DNA of 63,991 bases, filler included, from Acetivibrio sp. (GTDB lineage Bacteria > Bacillota > Clostridia > Acetivibrionales > Acetivibrionaceae): assembly GCF_035371925.1 (NCBI RefSeq). It is 14 parts of 14 records of this genome, joined end to end, with 100 filler letters (N's around TTAATTAATTAA, not from the genome) between each part and the next. Parts side by side here need not be neighbours in the genome. Positions count along the whole stretch, not along the records: positions 57,514 to 61,351 come from NZ_DAORXT010000149.1; positions 61,452 to 63,991 come from NZ_DAORXT010000169.1; 12 more parts are not named here. One strand, written 5' to 3'. Made by a program: the position numbers and the translations under genes. Below, piece by piece: positions 60,278 through 63,991 of the stretch (position 1 is the stretch's first letter; every line of letters starts with the position of its first letter). A model generated the notes under the pieces. The model was not told the origin of the DNA. It saw only the letters and a program-made list of their open reading frames with translations, and did not search any database.

Positions 60278-61351
60278 TTATATTCCAGATTTAGTTCGAT
60301 TATGTTCTTTGCAAAGCATTTGGCAGTTCTCGGCAATTGTTTTTCCGCCTTCGCTCCAAGGTGTAATGTGGTCGGCTTCCATTTCTTCAATATCCCACTT
60401 TTGTTTTTCTTTCTTTTCTTTTTTACACCACGGACAAACGCCTTTCTGCCGCTCATACGCTTCGCGTTTCATTTTGTCGGTAAAGGCGCGAATAGATAGA
60501 TATTTTTCCTGCCGTGTCAAAACATAAGAGTAAATACCGGATTTTTTGGTAACATCTTCGTCTTGCATTAGCTCTTTAATTTCAGCTTCCAATTTGTCGG
60601 GGTTTAATTTTTTATCTTTGAATTGATTGTATAGCTCGCCCCAATTTACATGCGCCATTTCTTTCCTGTAGTTTGGGAAAGTTTTACGTACCCACGCAAT
60701 CACATCTTGGAAATAATTCCATAACTCATCAGCATTTTCATCATACTGGTGGCGAGCCATGTAATCTTCAACATTGCCATTGTTTATCCACGAAAGCGCG
60801 GTTTCCAAATATTCTTGCCTAATTGGCGAGCCGGAAAGCAACGCGCCGCCATCATTTGCCAAAAGATACGCCGCGCAATTCGGCTTGCTGAATTTGAGTT
60901 TTGCGTCCGAAAGCCACGGCCCGGTGTAAACCGCGTTGCGAATTTCTTGATCGGTCAGTTTTTCTCCGGCAATATTGATTGTTTTAAACCACTCCAATCG
61001 TTCTTTGTCCGTGCCTTCGCAGAAGTAAATCATCAACTCATAATCCAAAATCTGGTCTTGTTCTTCTTTGGTGAGGTTATGGAAAAAGTAGTTATTGAGC
61101 GAAAAATCGCCGTTTACATACTGACCAATGCTTATCGTGCGCTGTTGTCCGTCTAGCATCTCGTAAGTTCCGTCTTCTTTTACCATCCAATACATCACAT
61201 TGAGCGGAAAACCTTTCTTGATTGTTTCAATTACTGCGTCGCGCTGTTTGTCTTTATACACAAATTCGCGCTGATATTTTGGCCGCACATCAAGTTTGCC
61301 GCCATAAGCCACCACGCCTTCTATGGCGTTATCCTTGAAGCCGTCAACAAC
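60278..61351 (-). CDS. DUF262 (GmrS/ParB-like) domain fused to HNH endonuclease, 5' partial
   Basis: YQREF, DGQQR, FKTIN; CPWC...EADHITPWSEGG...NCQMLCKEHN. Frame is open to the contig edge. Confidence 0.88.
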   Translation of the reverse strand, partial: VVDGFKDNAIEGVVAYGGKLDVRPKYQREFVYKDKQRDAVIETIKKGFPLNVMYWMVKEDGTYEMLDGQQRTISIGQYVNGDFSLNNYFFHNLTKEEQDQILDYELMIYFCEGTDKERLEWFKTINIAGEKLTDQEIRNAVYTGPWLSDAKLKFSKPNCAAYLLANDGGALLSGSPIRQEYLETALSWINNGNVEDYMARHQYDENADELWNYFQDVIAWVRKTFPNYRKEMAHVNWGELYNQFKDKKLNPDKLEAEIKELMQDEDVTKKSGIYSYVLTRQEKYLSIRAFTDKMKREAYERQKGVCPWCKKEKKEKQKWDIEEMEADHITPWSEGGKTIAENCQMLCKEHNRTKSGI

Positions 61352-61451
61352 NNNNNNNNNNNNNNNNNNNNNNNNNNNNNNNNNNNNNNNNNNNNTTAAT
61401 TAATTAANNNNNNNNNNNNNNNNNNNNNNNNNNNNNNNNNNNNNNNNNNNN

Positions 61452-63302
61452 GCCCAATTTGAGCATGTTGAGAAACACCCGCTAAAACTAAAGGCTAATA
61501 TTGGAGGTAAGATTACCAGTGTAGAAGGATTCTATACAGTAGGCACTGAAATTGCTGTTGTAGCTGAAGCTGACTATGGATATGTATTTAAGAACTGGAC
61601 TTCATCCGATGGAGGTACTTTTGAGGATGAAAACAGTGCAACTACTACATTTACTATGCCTGATAACGAAACAACTTTAATTGCAAATTTTGAAAGAATC
61701 CCGGGAATATATTTTTTCAAGGTTGTTGCAGGTAAAGGTGGAACGGTTAATACAGTAGCAGGCAGTGTTTACTCGGAAGGTGATACAATTGAGTTGGAAG
61801 CAACACCCTATAGCGGTTATCGCTTTAATAAATGGACATCATCCGATGGTGGAACATTCGAAGATGCTAAAAGTCCAAAAACAATATTTACAATGCCTGC
61901 AAACGACACAACCATAACGGCAAACTTTGAGTCCATCGATAAGGATAGCGGTTCTAAAGGCAGTAGCGGAAAAATTATTGTTACAGATAATACACCTTTG
62001 TCAACAGGCGTGTCATGGTCAACTGTTATTAATCAAATTAACAGGGCAAAGGATGGAGAAATTATAACAGTAGATATGGAAAATGAAACGGAACTGCCTT
62101 CTGATGTATTGAATGCACTTACAGGAAAGAATGTTACACTTGTTCTGGATATGGGGAAATATACGTGGTCTATAAACGGTAAAAATGTAGCAAACGTTCC
62201 ATCATATACGACCAATTTCAACCTTAAGATTTATAAAATTGAAGACAGTAATCTTTCGAAATTGGCAAATAACAAAGACATTGTCATATTAGAAGCTTAT
62301 ATCAAGGGTGGTTATCCGTTTACGGCAACAATAAAATGGAACGTGGGAGCAGAGCAAAATAGTAATCGTGTTTACTTAAGTAGATATAATGAATCCAAAA
62401 ATCATTTGGAATATCTTGAAGAGTTGCGAATAGATGAAAGAAACGACGTAGAATTTGTCTTTGACAGCACTTATAAATACTTGCTTACTGAACAAGCGGT
62501 GGGTGTTTTAGAGTTAAAGAGCGATGAAATACCCGGTAATATTGGAGTACCAAATATTATCCAAGCTCCAAAAGATATCCGTGTTACTAAAAAAACAAAT
62601 ACTCAAACGGGCGAAGAATTATATTCCTTTGTGCCTTATCTGATAGAAAACAACAAAGCAATGTTGATTAAATGGAGCAGCATTATTGACAACAGTGTAT
62701 CGTTCATATCATCAAAGGACGGCTATTATCAATATCGTAGCAATAAAAAGGTATTTGATGATATAAAAGGACACTGGGCAGAAAATGCAATTGTGGCAAT
62801 AACCTCAAGAGAACTCTTTTCGGGTGTGGGCGAGGGCAAATTTGACCCGAATGGAGGTATGACTAGAGCAATGTTTGCTACTGTATTGGCAAACCTTGAG
62901 GGAGCCGATTTGTCCGAGTATAAAACTTCTCCATTTATCGATGTGGATGCCGATTCTTGGTTTGCAGCATCTGTGGCTTGGGCGGATGACAAAGGCATTA
63001 TGAAAGGTTACGGTGATGGATTGTTTGGTCCAAATGAACTTATTACTCGTGAGCAAATGGCTGTCATACTAAGTAATTATATGAATTATAAAGGTATTAC
63101 CCTTCCGTTAGTTGACAGTGCTTCTCCTTTTGGTGATGATGAGCAAATAAGTAGTTGGGCTAGAAGCTCGGTAACTAAAATGAAATGTCTGGGGCTTATA
63201 AAAGGCGTAGGCAATAATGAATTTGCACCGAAAGATACTGTGACTAGGGCTAGTGTGGCACAATTGTTATTGAACCTTATAAATGCTGTAATAGGCAAAT
63301 AA
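61452..63302 (+). CDS. S-layer (3x SLH) protein with InlB-B-like repeats, 5' partial
   Basis: Two WTSSDGGTFED...TFTMP...ANFE repeats (first upstream of the called ATG, same frame); three C-terminal SLH motifs. Confidence 0.85.
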   Translation, partial: AQFEHVEKHPLKLKANIGGKITSVEGFYTVGTEIAVVAEADYGYVFKNWTSSDGGTFEDENSATTTFTMPDNETTLIANFERIPGIYFFKVVAGKGGTVNTVAGSVYSEGDTIELEATPYSGYRFNKWTSSDGGTFEDAKSPKTIFTMPANDTTITANFESIDKDSGSKGSSGKIIVTDNTPLSTGVSWSTVINQINRAKDGEIITVDMENETELPSDVLNALTGKNVTLVLDMGKYTWSINGKNVANVPSYTTNFNLKIYKIEDSNLSKLANNKDIVILEAYIKGGYPFTATIKWNVGAEQNSNRVYLSRYNESKNHLEYLEELRIDERNDVEFVFDSTYKYLLTEQAVGVLELKSDEIPGNIGVPNIIQAPKDIRVTKKTNTQTGEELYSFVPYLIENNKAMLIKWSSIIDNSVSFISSKDGYYQYRSNKKVFDDIKGHWAENAIVAITSRELFSGVGEGKFDPNGGMTRAMFATVLANLEGADLSEYKTSPFIDVDADSWFAASVAWADDKGIMKGYGDGLFGPNELITREQMAVILSNYMNYKGITLPLVDSASPFGDDEQISSWARSSVTKMKCLGLIKGVGNNEFAPKDTVTRASVAQLLLNLINAVIGK

Positions 63303-63316
63303 AGAGCAATAATGCG

Positions 63317-63357
63317 AAGAAGCTATTGTGCTAAAAAAAGCATAATAGCTTCTTTTT
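63317..63357 (+). terminator. Terminator after the SLH gene
   Basis: AAGAAGCTATTGTGCT-loop-AGCATAATAGCTTCTT followed by T-run. Confidence 0.75.
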
Positions 63358-63383
63358 AGGGGCTTTCGAACGAAGTGAAAGCC

Positions 63384-63424
63384 GCAAAATCGAAGGGGTT
63401 CGATGTCCCTGAGATTTTATTGTA
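63384..63424 (+). repeat. Dispersed about 40-bp motif, copy between the SLH gene and pgm
   Basis: GCAAAATCGAAGGGGTTCGATGTCCCTGAGATTTTATTGTA. Confidence 0.7.
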
Positions 63425-63672
63425 ACTTTTATTTTACATCATACATTTTAAGGGTATAATTATTATGAAGAAAAAATTTTGAAAAAACTCAATTTTACGG
63501 AACAATTTCTTTGCATTGTGGCATATAATCGGATTTATGTTTACAGTTGTAAAATTGAGCAAATATGGTATACTAGTTACTGAAAAATTGAACCATTAAT
63601 ATAATAAATATAAAGGTATAAATTTAAAAAATTACATTTAATTTTAGAAAATATGATAGAGGAGAGTAATAT

Positions 63673-63945
63673 ATGTCAAGTAATGCAATGTATAAATTTT
63701 GGCTAGGAAATGAATATTTTGATGAGAAAACCAGGGAAGAACTGCAAAAGATAAAAGACGATCCTAAAGAAATTGAAGATAGATTTTACAAATATCTTGA
63801 TTTCGGTACCGGAGGACTGAGAGGACTTATTGGGGCAGGTACGAACAGAATGAATATCTATACTGTAAGAAGAGCGAGTCAAGGTTTGGCCGACTTTGTA
63901 AACAGTATAGGTGCAGCCGATAGAGGAATTGTCATAGATAGATAG
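63673..63945 (+). CDS. pgm: Phosphoglucomutase/phosphomannomutase, N-terminal fragment only
   Basis: EDRFYKYLDFGTGGLRGLIGAGTNRMN. Expected VIAYDSR becomes VIDR* about 54 bp from the end. Confidence 0.85.
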   Translation: MSSNAMYKFWLGNEYFDEKTREELQKIKDDPKEIEDRFYKYLDFGTGGLRGLIGAGTNRMNIYTVRRASQGLADFVNSIGAADRGIVIDR

Positions 63946-63991
63946 GTATTTGCTTTTTTCATAATATCATATAAAATTCTGTTTTTCACTA

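Overview
This window is not contiguous DNA. It is the tail of a draft or metagenome-assembled genome: 14 short contigs of decreasing length (5.3 to 2.5 kb) joined by artificial 100-bp spacers (44 N + TTAATTAATTAA + 44 N), plus one plain 100-N gap. Adjacency across spacers means nothing. The organism is a cellulosomal clostridium close to Acetivibrio (Clostridium) thermocellus, judged from BglA, a LicB-type dockerin enzyme and the 37-bp CRISPR repeat. Core content: natAB-like ABC transporter, ispD, carD, 6S RNA, large SRP RNA-dnaX-ybaB-recR, tRNA-Leu(CAG), aroA, aroF, rlmL-like methyltransferase and the start of pgm. Accessory content: the trailer end of a CRISPR array feeding into cas1-cas2-cas4; a lichenase with a tandemly duplicated GH16 domain; a 1341-aa S-layer-anchored zinc metalloprotease; a prophage-like module (ParB-methyltransferase, TerS-like protein, tyrosine recombinase); and a glycan biosynthesis fragment. 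There are also two defence-like contigs. One carries an NYN RNase, a promoter/16-nt GGTTC repeat/terminator ncRNA candidate, a MazG-like pyrophosphatase and a nuclease-helicase. The other carries a DUF262-HNH nuclease and a PHP-ATPase. The best candidate for an undescribed system is the NYN gene with its downstream repeat RNA (45207-46173). All assignments come from reading motifs by eye; no searches were run.
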